Shown here one piece after another: positions 33,318 to 44,331 of a stretch of DNA of 64,000 bases. The stretch's first letter is position 1; each line of letters begins with the position of its first letter. The stretch is from Blastocladiella emersonii ATCC 22665. Lineage: Eukaryota > Fungi > Blastocladiomycota. The notes below the pieces were generated by a model, which saw only the letters and a program-made list of their open reading frames with translations, had not been told where the DNA came from and searched no databases. The translations under genes and the position numbers were made by a program. The DNA lies in assembly GCA_025594325.1 (NCBI GenBank), contig JANHCV010000011.1:1426001-1490000 (forward strand), read 5' to 3'.

Positions 33318-36272
33318 TCAGAACCGCGCGGCGTCGACGAGCGCCTGCGCGCCAGCCTTGACCAGCTTCTGCGCGGCCTCGAGCCCGCTCGTGGCCGTGG
33401 TGGCGAGGTGCTGCTTGCCGTCGACGCTCCAGACGTGGGCCTCGACCTCGATCTTGCCGTCATCGCGGCGCACCGTGTTCACGGCGACGGGGACCTGGCA
33501 CCCGCCCTGGATGGCGCGGAGGAAGTCGCGCTCGTGGTCGCACGTCAAGCGGGTCTCGGCGTCCTCGATCGCCTTGACGAGGCGGTGCATACCGGCGTCG
33601 CGCGCGCGGATCTGCACGCCAATGGCGCCCTGCGAGACGGCCGGGACCATGACGGCGGGATCGATCGGCTGGACGTGCACGCCGGCGAGGGCCTCGGTCG
33701 CGTTCGGGAGGCGCGCGAGGCCGGCGACGGCGAGGACGATCGCGTCGTAGTGCACGTCGGCAGTCGCGGCGTGGGTGCCGAGGAGCTTGGCGATGCGCGT
33801 GTTGAGGTTACCGCGGACGTCGATGATGCGGAGGTCCGGACGCGCGGCGGCGAGCTGGGCGCGGCGGCGGAGCGACGAGGTGCCAACGGTGGCGCCCGAG
33901 GGCAGGGACTCGATGGTGTAGGCGTGGCCGGCGCGCGAGACGAGGGCGTCGCGCTTGTCCTCGCGGGCGAGCACGGCGCCGAGGGCGAGCGCGGGCGGCT
34001 GCGTGGTCTCGAGGTCCTTGAGCGAGTGCTGGACGAGCGCGACGGCGCCCGACTGCAGCGCGACCTCGAGCTCCTTGGTGAACAGACCCTTGTCGCCGAT
34101 CTTGGCCAGCGCGACGTCGAGGATCTTGTCGCCCTTGGTCATGACGCCGTCGATGCGGAAGCGGTGCGCGGGCTGCGGGTTCCATCCGCTGGTAGCTGAC
34201 GGGGCGGGCGTGCGCTCGGCGGCGGCGGCCTGGTGCGCGACGAGGGCCTTGTGCACGATCTCGGCCTGGGCCATGGCGAGCGGCGAGTTGCGCGAGCCGA
34301 GGACAATGGTCTGGGCCTCCTCGACAAAGGCGCCGACGGACTCGGTCGACATGTCGAGCTTGGTGCCGTGGCCGAGGTTGACAATGTAGCGGTGCTTGCC
34401 GAACTCGCGGATCATGGCGCGCACCTTGGTGCGGATGTTGTCGAGCGGCTCGTACATGACGTCGGGCTCGAGGTTGCCCTGGAGCGTCATGTAGGGCCCG
34501 GCGGCGGCGCGCTGCTCGGCGGGGATGCCGGCCCAGTCGATGGAGATGGCGTCGTACAGCGTCTCCTTGACGATGCGGGCCGTGGCGAAGTTGGCGCCGC
34601 GCGGGAACACGGTCATGGGGATGTGCGGGTGCACGGCCTTGACCCTGCGGGCGATATCGGCGAGGTAGGGCAGGGCAAACTCGTAAAAGTCGGTCGGCCC
34701 GAGGTCGACGGCGTTGGACTCGAAAACCTGCACGATGTCGGCGCCGGCGTCGACCTGCTTGCACAGGTAGTCGATGGCGACGTCGGTGCACTTGCGGAGC
34801 AGCAGGTGGGCCCACTCGGGGTGCATGTGCAGCCACTTCTTGGCGAGGTCCTTGCCGATCATGTAGGCCATGAGGGTCCAGGGCGCGCCGCAAAAGCCGA
34901 CGAGGGCCTTGTCGCGTGGGAGCTGGGCGCGGGTGAGGGTGAGGGCGTCGTAGACGTGCTGCAGGATGGCGGGCTGGTAGGCGAGGCGCTCGATGTCCTC
35001 GAGGGTGCGGATCGGGTGCGGGAAGAAAGGACCGGGCTGCATGATGAGCTCCATGCCGAGAGCCTGCGGGATGGTCATGATGTCGGAAAAGATGATGGCG
35101 CAGTCGACATTGTACCGCCACACGGGCTGCAGGGTGATCTCGGTGGCGATGGCGGGGTCGGCGGTCATTTCGAGGAAGTTCTTGTCGCCCTTGACCTGGC
35201 GGTACTCGGGGAGGTAGCGGCCGGCCTGGCGGTGGAGCCAGACGGGCGGGCGCGGCACGCTCACGCCGCGGAGCGCCTGCACGAACAGCGTCTCAATGTA
35301 CGTGTGGCGCGGGGCGATGGTGGCAGTCGCCATGGAGCGAGCACGGCGGGGTGCGGCAGCGACGAAATCGGTGCCCTGGGCGGCGACGGTCGCGGTCGGG
35401 AAGGCGGCGTTGGGCGGCAGGCACGCGGCGGGGAGGCCGGCCGCGAACAAGGCGAGAGCCAGCTCGCCGCGACGGGCAGCGACCCAGGCGTCCTCCTCGG
35501 GCGTCAGGGGCGCTGGCGGGGGCGGGAGGTCGAAGGTGGCGGGCGGCGAGACGTAGTCGGCCTCGCCGAGCTCGACGGCCTGGACGGCGGCGGCGTGGCG
35601 CGCAACGGTCGCGATGTAGGCGGTGAAGAGCGGGATCACGACGGCGTGGGCGAGGCCAGCCGAGTCGGTGCCGGCGAGCGGCAGGTCGGCGCGCAAACCA
35701 CCGATACCGCGGTAGGCCTTGCCGTCGGCGGCGCGGAAGGCCTCGTCGGCAGCGCGCTTGACGGCGGCGTAGTCGGCGCTGTGGGCGATGGCAACGTCAC
35801 GGGCGGCCGTGTGCCAGTCGAGAGCATCGTCCTCGTTGATGAAGTAGGGGAGCAGCTCGGCCTCGACGCGGAGGGCGGCGGTGGGCACGGACGAGGCGGC
35901 GACGGGCGAAGCGGGCTTCGGGGACGCCCCACTGTTCTTACGGCCACTGCCACGACGGTTGCGCGACTGCTGCTTCGGAGAGGCCGAGGGGCTCGCCTCA
36001 GCGGGTGCGGCGGCGGCAGCGACCTCGACCTTGGACCACGAGATGCGGACGGCGGAGGCGAGGGGCGACTTGGGCCAGCACACGAGGTGGGCGACGTCGG
36101 GGGTCGGGCGGACGAGGACGGCGCGCTCGAAGAGGGACGAGGCGGTCAGGGCGGCGAGGTCGACGAGGTCGCGGTCCGCGGCGGCCGAGACGGCGGCGGC
36201 GAGGCGCGACGCTTCCTTGGTGGCCTCGAGGGCGACGATCGCGGCGGCGATCTCGGAGACGAGGCTCGGCAT
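33318..36272 (-). CDS. Heme-pathway fusion (984 aa): degenerate HemF/CPOX-like domain + uroporphyrinogen decarboxylase + porphobilinogen deaminase
   Basis: One uninterrupted ORF. UROD: PVWLHRQAGRYLPEY, IIFSDI, GFCGAPWTLMAY, NLGHG. PBGD: LGSRNSPLAMAQ, TKGDKILD, KGLFTKELE, HSLKD, GTSSLRR, RGNLNTR, GGCQVP. N-part: LLPYFINEDDALDWH, RGIGGL, RRG. Confidence 0.93.
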   Translation of the reverse strand: MPSLVSEIAAAIVALEATKEASRLAAAVSAAADRDLVDLAALTASSLFERAVLVRPTPDVAHLVCWPKSPLASAVRISWSKVEVAAAAAPAEASPSASPKQQSRNRRGSGRKNSGASPKPASPVAASSVPTAALRVEAELLPYFINEDDALDWHTAARDVAIAHSADYAAVKRAADEAFRAADGKAYRGIGGLRADLPLAGTDSAGLAHAVVIPLFTAYIATVARHAAAVQAVELGEADYVSPPATFDLPPPPAPLTPEEDAWVAARRGELALALFAAGLPAACLPPNAAFPTATVAAQGTDFVAAAPRRARSMATATIAPRHTYIETLFVQALRGVSVPRPPVWLHRQAGRYLPEYRQVKGDKNFLEMTADPAIATEITLQPVWRYNVDCAIIFSDIMTIPQALGMELIMQPGPFFPHPIRTLEDIERLAYQPAILQHVYDALTLTRAQLPRDKALVGFCGAPWTLMAYMIGKDLAKKWLHMHPEWAHLLLRKCTDVAIDYLCKQVDAGADIVQVFESNAVDLGPTDFYEFALPYLADIARRVKAVHPHIPMTVFPRGANFATARIVKETLYDAISIDWAGIPAEQRAAAGPYMTLQGNLEPDVMYEPLDNIRTKVRAMIREFGKHRYIVNLGHGTKLDMSTESVGAFVEEAQTIVLGSRNSPLAMAQAEIVHKALVAHQAAAAERTPAPSATSGWNPQPAHRFRIDGVMTKGDKILDVALAKIGDKGLFTKELEVALQSGAVALVQHSLKDLETTQPPALALGAVLAREDKRDALVSRAGHAYTIESLPSGATVGTSSLRRRAQLAAARPDLRIIDVRGNLNTRIAKLLGTHAATADVHYDAIVLAVAGLARLPNATEALAGVHVQPIDPAVMVPAVSQGAIGVQIRARDAGMHRLVKAIEDAETRLTCDHERDFLRAIQGGCQVPVAVNTVRRDDGKIEVEAHVWSVDGKQHLATTATSGLEAAQKLVKAGAQALVDAARF

Positions 36273-37151
36273 GGTAAAGGGACAGCAGCAGGGACCCTGG
36301 AGGTGCGTGGAGAGTGAGCGGGCGGGTTCAGCGGACCGAGGGATCGCGGGAGCAGCTGCAGCAGCAGCAGCAGCAGGCGCGGGAGCAGGGCGACGGACGC
36401 GGACAGTGTTGGGCGCGATGGTCGGTGCGGGTAGCGCGGCGGCGACGACGCCAGACGCGGCGAGGACGAGGCCGTAGGCCAGCGAGCAACAGAGCGGGCA
36501 CGGCGCCATGAAGAACCGGACTAGTGACGGTCTAGACGCTCACGGCTGTCGGTGGATGGTCGCCGCCGTCAGTCGAGCGCTCGTCGTTGCCGTTGCCGTT
36601 GCTGTCGAGGGCCGTGCGATCCGGCGTGGCAGCGCTCTGCTGCTGCTGCTGCTGCTGCTGCATCCGTGTGATCCATGGCAGGGGCGGGGAATACTCACCT
36701 AGCGACGATTCAGAGTCGGGCGCTACGAGGTGCAGCTCGACGATCGGTCCGGCGGTGGGTGAGGGGGAGAGAGAAGGGATCGCGGAGGGCAGCAGCGCTT
36801 AGGATCGGCTTGGTTGGTCAGGCCAGCTCAGAGGTTCAGAGCCGCGGGCCGCGCGACAGCCGAGACCCGCGTATGAGGTTTTCGCAAGGTTTTCGCCCCG
36901 CCGTGACCTGATGTTGATCGCAAAACCGGGTCACATGCGCCGGCCGAGCACTGCGTCGTGACGAGCGGCCTGGCCACTCTACGCTCGAGGCGCTCGCTTC
37001 CGCTGCCCTCCAGTCGCTCTACCACGTAGCTCACACGAATCGACACCACGGAACTCGCTGCATCGTGCCCGCCCCCGCCCCGCCCACGCATCGACCGGGA
37101 CCGCCGACCACTTGAGAACCCGAAAACCCCGAACCGCAGCCGTAACCCATC

Positions 37152-37592
37152 ATGTCGAAGAAGGCCGCCGCTGGCGCCATGTCGCAGCTCCGCCTGCTCG
37201 TCCCCGCCGGCAAGGCCGCGCCGACGCCGCCCGTCGGTCCCGCGCTCGGCCAGCGCGGTATCCGCGCCATGGACTTTTGCCGCCAGTTCAACGACCAGAC
37301 CAGCAAGATCGTCCCCGGCACGCCGATCCCCGTGCGCATGTCCATCAAGCCCGACCGCACCTACACCTTCGTCACGCTGGTCCCGCAGACCTCGTACCTC
37401 ATCAAGCAGGCCGCCGGCATCGAGAAGGGCGCCACGCGGCCCGGCGACGAGGTCGTCGCCACCATCTCGGTCAAGGCCGTCTACGAGATTGCCAAGATCA
37501 AGCAGCGCGACATTGCCCATCTCTCGCTGCACGAGCTGTGCAAGCAGATTGTCGGCTCCGCGAGGTCCATGGGTGTCAAGGTCGTCGCCTGA
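37152..37592 (+). CDS. MRPL19: Mitochondrial ribosomal protein uL11m
   Basis: LRLLVPAGKAAPTPPVGPALGQRGI..FCRQFND, PQTSYLIKQAAG, GSARSMGV. Confidence 0.93.
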   Translation: MSKKAAAGAMSQLRLLVPAGKAAPTPPVGPALGQRGIRAMDFCRQFNDQTSKIVPGTPIPVRMSIKPDRTYTFVTLVPQTSYLIKQAAGIEKGATRPGDEVVATISVKAVYEIAKIKQRDIAHLSLHELCKQIVGSARSMGVKVVA

Positions 37593-37822
37593 TCCCTTTC
37601 TTGTCTGTTTCCCTGCCCTACTCTTCCCGCATCCCGTATATACATAAGCTGATCATTTCTAGTCAAAAGTGTCTCGCAATGACTCGCAGCGGTGCGCGGG
37701 CTGAGCAGTGACGGTGGGCCGCTCATGAACTCGGTCGGACTCGAAGACGCGGACGGACGCTTCTCACCACCGACCTCGCCCCGCATGCATCCCCTCCTCT
37801 CCGAGCACACCCCTACACTATC

Positions 37823-37837
37823 TGCAACGTAATCGAC
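37823..37837 (+). promoter_or_regulatory. TGCAACGTAATCGAC variant 5' motif
   Basis: Upstream of ATG 37866; one-base insertion relative to the 14-mer. Confidence 0.4.
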
Positions 37838-37865
37838 TCTTCGCAACCTACGCACAGCATCCCGC

Positions 37866-39825
37866 ATGGACTCGTTCGGCCTCCCCTACGGCTCGGTCCA
37901 TGCTCGCCTCCGCGACGCCGAGCTGCGAGGCCTCTCGCGCCTGCGCCAGGGCAGTACGTCCCGTCCCCGCATCACCTTGCATATGCCTCTCGCTAAGTGT
38001 CATCGTCGTAGCGAGCACCCGCCCGCGCCTTCTCGACCTCGTCAGCAACCCGCGCATGTACCACGCCTGCGTCAACACGGCCATGGTCCCCGTCCCGACC
38101 TACGCCGCCCACTACGCCCCCAAGGCCACGGGCACCCGCTTCCTCGCCACCGCCGACGAGGCCGGCACCGTGTGCGTGCTCGACACGGACAACGACCCCG
38201 AGTCCATGCTCGTCGCCCGCTTCACGGCCCACGCCAACGCCATCTTTGACGTGCAGTGGCACCCGACCGACCCGTGCATCGCCACCGCCTCGGGCGACCA
38301 GACCGTCGTGCTGTGGGACCTCGAGCGCCAGTCGTCGGTCGCGCTCTTCTCGGCCCACAAGTCGTCGGTCCGCTCCGTCGCCTTCAACCCCTTCGACCCC
38401 GCCATGCTCGCCACCACCTCGCGCGACGGCTCCATCATCATCTGGGACACGCGGTGCGCCGGTGTCGCTATGGCCAACGGCGCCGGGACCGCGTTCGGCG
38501 CCGCGAACGTGATCCGCCACGCGCACGCCCTGCCCGGGTCCGGCTCGTCGGCCGCCGCCATCTCCGTGTCGGCCGCCGTCTTCACGCGCGAGCGCACCGT
38601 GGCGAGCGCCGGCGCCGGCGACGGCGTGGTGCGCGAGTGGGACGTGCGCAAGCTCGGGTCGCACAACAGCCGCGTGCGCGCGAGCCCCGCGGCCGCGTCG
38701 TGCGACCTGACCGAGGGCCGCCGCGCGCGCCGGTTCGGCCTGACGCACCTGGCGCTCGATGCGCTGCGCGACACGCTGTACGCGGTCGGCATGGACTCGC
38801 GCGTGTACGCCGTAGACGCGACGACGCTCCAGCCGCTGCGCGTGTACGGGTCGCGCCACTTCACGCCGTCGCTGTACACGCGCGCGTCCGTCGACCCGTC
38901 GGGCGCGTTCCTGGCGGTCGGGTCGACGCAGCACAATGCGCTGCTGTTCGAGACGGCGCGCCCGGACCGCGCCCCGCTCGCGCTGCGCCACGGCCACACG
39001 GCCGAGGTGTCGTGCGTGGCCTTCTCGCAGTCGTCGGTCGCCGTGCGCCTCGCCACGTGCTCGGACGACGCCACGGTGCGCATCTGGCGCGAGGCGCCCG
39101 ACGACGCCGACCGTATCCGCAACGCCGGCGCCGCGTCCGCTGGTGACGCTGACCTCGCGTTCAAGTCGTGGGCGTGCGCCGAGGTGGCCGACGACGCGCC
39201 CGCCGAGTTTCCGGACGCGTGGGACCGCGCCGCACACGGGCCCGACGACCCGCACATGGCGGCCGCGCTCGAGCAGGCGGCGGCGGCGGTCGCTGCCATG
39301 GACGTGGACAAGGTCCTCTCGTCGCCCGCCCGCGCGCCGTCGATGCCCGAGCTCGTGGCGGTACACCGGCCCGCGTCGTTTTCGCTGTTCGCGTCGTCCA
39401 ACTCCAGCTCCAACTCGGGCTCGGCGTCGAACCTGCCCGCGCTCGCGCCGAGTGCCGAGGGCGACCACGTCGTCGCGCCCCCTCCACTGCCCGAGGTGCC
39501 CGCCCAGGTACCTGCCGACGTTCCTGCGACGCCCGCTCCCGTCGCCGTGGCACCCACATCCAGCACGGCGGGTGAGGGCAGCACAGCAGGCCGCCGGAAA
39601 CGCACGCTGCTCGACTTTTTCGGGTCTCCGCAGGCGGTTGCGGCCGCCGAGTCGCCGTCCCGCGCGGCTGCTTCGTCGTCCTCGCGTCCAAGCGCGGCCC
39701 GCAGCGCCGGCAACGGCAGCAGCGCGAGCAAGCGGCGCGTCACCGGGTCTGCGTGGACGCCGTCGCGGAGCATGTCGGCTTCCTCGAGCTCATCCTCGTC
39801 GTCGTCCAAGCGCGCCAAGCGATAG
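37866..39825 (+). CDS. CDT2: Cdt2/DTL (DCAF2) WD40 substrate receptor; one short intron near 5' end
   Basis: AHANAIFDVQW, ATASGDQT..LWD, AHKSSVRSVAF, SRDGSIIIWDTR, DGVVREWDVR, GHTAEV, TCSDDATVRIW; basic C-tail. Confidence 0.85.
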
Positions 39826-39905
39826 CCAGCGCGCGCGCAAAACCATTTTGGATCACTAAGTGTACTTTTGATCATATAATATATCCCGCATCCACGCGCC
39901 CTATA

Positions 39906-41232
39906 TTACACGATGACGCGCAGCAAATACTTCATAAACTTCCACATGCCGACGCTGGACTCGACGTTGCCGTGCGGGTCCGTGGTGCGCTCGGGGAAGG
40001 CGATGCCGTAGCCGCGGACGCCGGGGAGTGCGGCGCCTGTGACCTTGTTGACGAGGTCGCCCGTGGCCACGTCGTGGGCGATTTCCCGGACACCGGCGAT
40101 GGCAGGTACAGGCCGCGGGCGGTACCCGACGGCGTAGCAGACGTGGGTGACGCCCGTGAGGTACTTGGCGTAGACGGCGGGCTCGTCGGCCTCGTCGGCG
40201 GGGAGCTGGATGCGGTCGACGCCGACGCGGCGCGCGGCATCGAGGTCCTCGAGGTTGGCCTTGGCCCACTTGGCAGCCATGCCCTTGAGCCCCGTGTTGT
40301 CGTAGAGAATCCAGCCGTCGGGCATGTCGACGGCGTACTTGAGCGGGTGGCGGTGGAACTGGACGACGGGGATCCCGGCGTCGACGAGGTTCTTGACGCA
40401 CAGGATGGCCGAGTGCGAGCCGCCAACGACGGCCACCTTGGCGTCGGGTGTCGCGGCGAGCACGGCGCGCAGGCGCGACGGCGTCAGGCACGTGTCGAGG
40501 TCAATGACGTTGACCGAGGCGGGGACGGGGGACGTGGCGGGCGGCGGGAGCGGCTCGGCGCCCGTGCACAGGAAGACGCGGGCGGCGGACAAGGTGGTGG
40601 AGGCGGGCGCGGCCGAGACGTCGGGGACGCGGGCAAAGTCGTCCTTGACGCCCCCGTGCACGGGGAACGTGTACGCGTCCTCGTTGGCGGCGCGGGTCAC
40701 GTCGCCGGCCCAGCCGCGGAACAGCGTGAGGCGGTCCTTGGGGACGGTGCGCTCGAGGGCGGCGGCGAGGTCGCGGCACAGGCGCTGGGCGTGGACGAGG
40801 TCGCAGCCGACGGACGCGTCCATGGCCTCAAGCGCGGCGAGCGGCGCAGGGACGCCCGGCGGGGTCGGTGCGTGGGCGGCGGCGTGCAGCGCGTCGCTCG
40901 CCTTGGCGAACTCGATGAAGAGGCGGACACGGGTGTTGCTATTAGGCGTTGAGGGCGGTTAGATGCATCCAGAGGGGCGGGTGCGGGGCAGGCAGCACGG
41001 ACCTCGGGACCTCGGGGTACTGCTGCAGACGGCCGCCGGCAAAGGCGGGGTCGATCCAGGCGATGGGCCCGACGCCGAGGTCGAGCAGGCGGCCGACGAC
41101 GGCGACGCCCGCGGGCCCGGCGCCAATGACGGCGGCGGCGAACGGCTTGGCGGGGGCAGCGGACATCATGGTCGAGGACAGGGACAGGTGGCGGGCAAAG
41201 AGCGAGGTGCGGCGGATGGCGGCAGTGGACAT
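39906..41232 (-). CDS. FAD/NAD(P)-binding pyridine nucleotide-disulfide oxidoreductase-like protein; one intron
   Basis: VIGAGPAG, EVPSNT, VFLCTGAEP, VAVVGGSHSAIL, YAVGY, GYGIAFPE; N-terminal mitochondrial-like leader. Confidence 0.8.
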
Positions 41233-41273
41233 GGGGCACGCCTCGGATGGGCGGTGGTTAGTGTATACAGTAT

Positions 41274-41284
41274 GATACGTTGCA
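41274..41284 (-). promoter_or_regulatory. TGCAACGTATC 5' motif on minus strand
   Basis: gatacgttgca on + strand, ~42 nt upstream of minus-strand ATG 41232. Confidence 0.5.
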
Positions 41285-41595
41285 AGGAGAGCGCGAGGGT
41301 GTGGACCGGAGCGAGGGCCGTGGGGGGAGCGCCCGCCTTTTGTAGCCGCGGCCGCGGGTCCTCGACCGTGCGCGACCAGGATCCAGACCAGGATCACCCG
41401 CGGCGAGCGGCCGCCGTGCCCGCCGCGCGCCGTGATGGACGGCGGGGCGCAGCGACGGCCGAGAGGGAAGAGCCGCCGACGCGGCCCGCCACCGGCCTGA
41501 CACGTGACACGCGCCGTGTCGTGTCTCGCGCCCCGTCTCGCACTCGCAGCCTGCCGATCCCTTCTCTCCCCGCTCTCGCCAACAACGGTAGACCC

Positions 41596-42357
41596 ATGAA
41601 GCAGCCGCCGAGCGTATTCGACTTGAACATAGAACCGACCGCCCCCATGGCCTCCTCCGCGCACCGGCTCCGCATCCTGTGCCTGCACGGCTACACGCAG
41701 AACGCGGCCGTCTTCTCCAAGCGCACAGGCGTGCTGCGCAAGCACCTCAAGGGCAAGGCCGACTTGGTCTACATCAGCGCCCCGCACGCCCCCGACAGCT
41801 ACGTCGCGTCGCCCGACATGGACCCGGCCGAGGGTACGCCCATCCCGCCTTGAACCCTGCTACTGTATAGCGAACTCACGCCGCACACGCGGGTAGAGGG
41901 CCAGCGCGCGTGGTGGAACATGACCGATTCCCCGACGGGCCCCGTCTACTCGGGCTTCGACGCGGGGCTCGCGCACGTCGCGTCGGCGCTCGACGCGCAG
42001 GGTCCGTTTGACGGGATCCTGGGCTTCTCGCAGGGCGCGGCCATGGCGGCGCTCGCGGCGCTGCGGGTTCCGCACCCGTCGCTCAAGTTTGTCATCTGCG
42101 TGTCCGGGTTCGTGAGCCGCGACCCGGCGCACGCGCCCTGGTACGAGCCCGCGGGCGGGTGCACGGTGCCGTCGCTGCACGTCTGGGGCACGGCCGACGC
42201 GTGGGTGCCGCCCGCCAAGAGCATGGAGCTCGCCCGTGCGTTTGCGAGCCCGACCGTGTTCGAGCACGGCGGCGCCCACTACGTGCCCATGGACGCGGCG
42301 GGCAAGGCCGCCGTCGCCGACTTTCTCGCGCCGTTTCTCGACGGCGGCAAGATGTAA
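41596..42357 (+). CDS. FSH1/OVCA2-family serine hydrolase; one intron
   Basis: RILCLHGYTQN, RAWW, GPFDGILGFSQG, PSLHVWGTAD, HGGAHYVP. Confidence 0.9.
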
Positions 42358-42430
42358 TAGTGCTAAGTGGTTCCCATTATATAAAAAAGTGTTTACACGA
42401 GTGAGTCAAAATTGCTTCTCGACCGCAAAG

Positions 42431-43393
42431 CTATTCCGAGGCGGGCGCGGGCGTCGAGGACGAGGTGGCCGAGACTGTCCGGGACGGCGGACGCACAATG
42501 GGCCCGTACGAGGCCATGGGCCCCTGGCCGGCCACGTACTCGGCGGGGAGCGGCGGCACGGGCGGGACGGCCAGCGACGCCGCGTCGGGGGCGGCGGCAA
42601 GGGCAAAGGTGGCGGCGAGCGACGCGTGCGGGAAGGCGCGGGCCACGGCGCGCACGGCGCTCCCAATGTCGAGGTAGGTGGCGGCCGTGGCACGCGCGGC
42701 GAGATGGCAGCGCTCGAGCAGGTGCGGCAGGCGGCGCTCGGCCAGGTCGTCGCCCACGACCATGTTGGCAGCCTCGACGCGCTTAATCTCCATGGCGATA
42801 CCGTTGAGCAGGGTGAGCGACTGCTGGTAGGCCATGAGGTCGCGGTGCTTGGCCTTGCGCGTCTTCTGGGCGGTCGCCTCGGCGTCCTTGAGCTGGCGGG
42901 CAAGCTGGTCGAGCTTGGCCTCGTTCTGGCGCTGCGCGGCCACGGCGTCGGCGTGGATGGCCTCAATGTCGGCGAGGAGCGGGGTCTCGAGCTCGCGGTA
43001 GAGGCGGTCGCCGAGCGCCGTGTGGGCGCGGGCGAGCGAGGCGACGAGGGCGGCGAGGAACTGCAGGTCACCCTCCTCGGCGGGGAGCAGCTCGCGGGCC
43101 GAGGAGCGGCAGCCGCGCAGCGAGGCGAGGACGCGGTGCATGGTCTCGGCGGTGGTGGCGACCATCTGCACGGCGGTGCGCAGGTCGCGGGCGGCGCGGG
43201 CCAAGTCCGCGTACTGGATGAGGTTCATGCGCGGGACATCGGAGGGCAGGGCGGCGAGGGCGGCGGGGACCGAGGAGTGGAAGAGCGAGGGCCGTGGCTC
43301 GGACGCCATGCTGCCGGAGTGGTGCGAGTGGGTCGAGTCGTTGGAGGACCGCGTGAAGGTGCGTTGCAGGGTGGCCTGCAGCGACGATATCAT
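42431..43393 (-). CDS. Ivy1-like I-BAR/IMD coiled-coil protein
   Basis: All-helical 320 aa; LETPLL, KTRKAKHRDLMAYQQSLTLL resembles the Ivy1 K..RNL..YR.SL motif. Confidence 0.6.
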   Translation of the reverse strand: MISSLQATLQRTFTRSSNDSTHSHHSGSMASEPRPSLFHSSVPAALAALPSDVPRMNLIQYADLARAARDLRTAVQMVATTAETMHRVLASLRGCRSSARELLPAEEGDLQFLAALVASLARAHTALGDRLYRELETPLLADIEAIHADAVAAQRQNEAKLDQLARQLKDAEATAQKTRKAKHRDLMAYQQSLTLLNGIAMEIKRVEAANMVVGDDLAERRLPHLLERCHLAARATAATYLDIGSAVRAVARAFPHASLAATFALAAAPDAASLAVPPVPPLPAEYVAGQGPMASYGPIVRPPSRTVSATSSSTPAPASE

Positions 43394-44331
43394 TCGAGTG
43401 CGTTGCAGCGAGTAGCGGTGCGGTCGGGGAGAGTGTGCGAGGGCGGGAGGAAAGGTTACGAGAGTGGAGCAGTGCAGGCTTGCGAGCAGCCGAGGAGGCG
43501 CGTTTCAGATACCGGGTGGCGCAACCGGCTGCCTGCCACGCCCATCACGGGCCGCAGGCGTGGGAACGCGAGATCATCGCGGCCATCACGGCACGTTCGT
43601 TGCTCCGGCTCCGGCACCTTCTTCTTCCCTCGATCGAAGCGGCGAAAACACAGGGAGCAGCATCCGGTGAGTTGCGTCGGCGTGCAGGTGGCGGCGGCGT
43701 GCCCGAACCGGGGTCGAGGTTGTGAGTCCCCGAGTCTCGCTCGGAGCACGCTCTCGACCAGAACCCCTGTTCTCGACTAGGCACGCGTGCGCGTGCTCGC
43801 GCGGCGTGAATGACGCGATGCACGCGTCGCGCGGAGAGGGGAGGGCCAGCACACATAAGGTGCCGACCCGCCCCGCTCCCCCTCGGCCGCCGGCCCTCAG
43901 ACAACTGACCATCGTCGCGACGCGCACAGTAGCCCTCTGGTGCGTGTGCTCCGAACCATGGCCGTGGCCGCGGCATCGACGCTGCCGACGCGGGCCGCGG
44001 ACATCAATGGCAGGGCAGCGGCAGGTGATGCTCCGCGTGTTGCGCGGTCGCAGCCACAGGCGCGCGGCGGGCCGACCAAGCCCTCGGTGCCGTCGCGCGC
44101 CTCGGTGATCGCCTGCAGCTGCGCCGGCCGCCGCCGCAGCCGCCGCCGGATGCAACGGCCAGCTGTGACTGTGATTCGGCGACCACTGACTGACGAGGAC
44201 CCGCATCACCGTGGCGGCGCGCAGTGTCTTCTCCCGAATCTCGAGTGCATTGAGCGCGGGCGTGTGCGTGCTCGGATATAGCCTGATCGATCGCAGCGAG
44301 GAGCGCGAGGTCGCGTAAGCAAGGCTTCCGC

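Noticed and set aside
33408-36317. Long plus-strand ORFs (e.g. 34233-36317) opposite the heme fusion
   Set aside because: Antisense shadows of GC3-rich coding DNA; no motifs.
36273-36509. Upstream extension of the heme-fusion ORF
   Set aside because: Non-ATG start running through a (GCT)n tract; ATG 36272 preferred, though a longer N-terminus is not excluded.
36340-36662. (GCA)n and (CTG)n tracts
   Set aside because: Ordinary trinucleotide microsatellites in the divergent promoter region.
33318-42357. Possible metabolic cluster (heme fusion, oxidoreductase, hydrolase)
   Set aside because: Interrupted by uL11m and CDT2; no PKS, NRPS, transporter or regulator.
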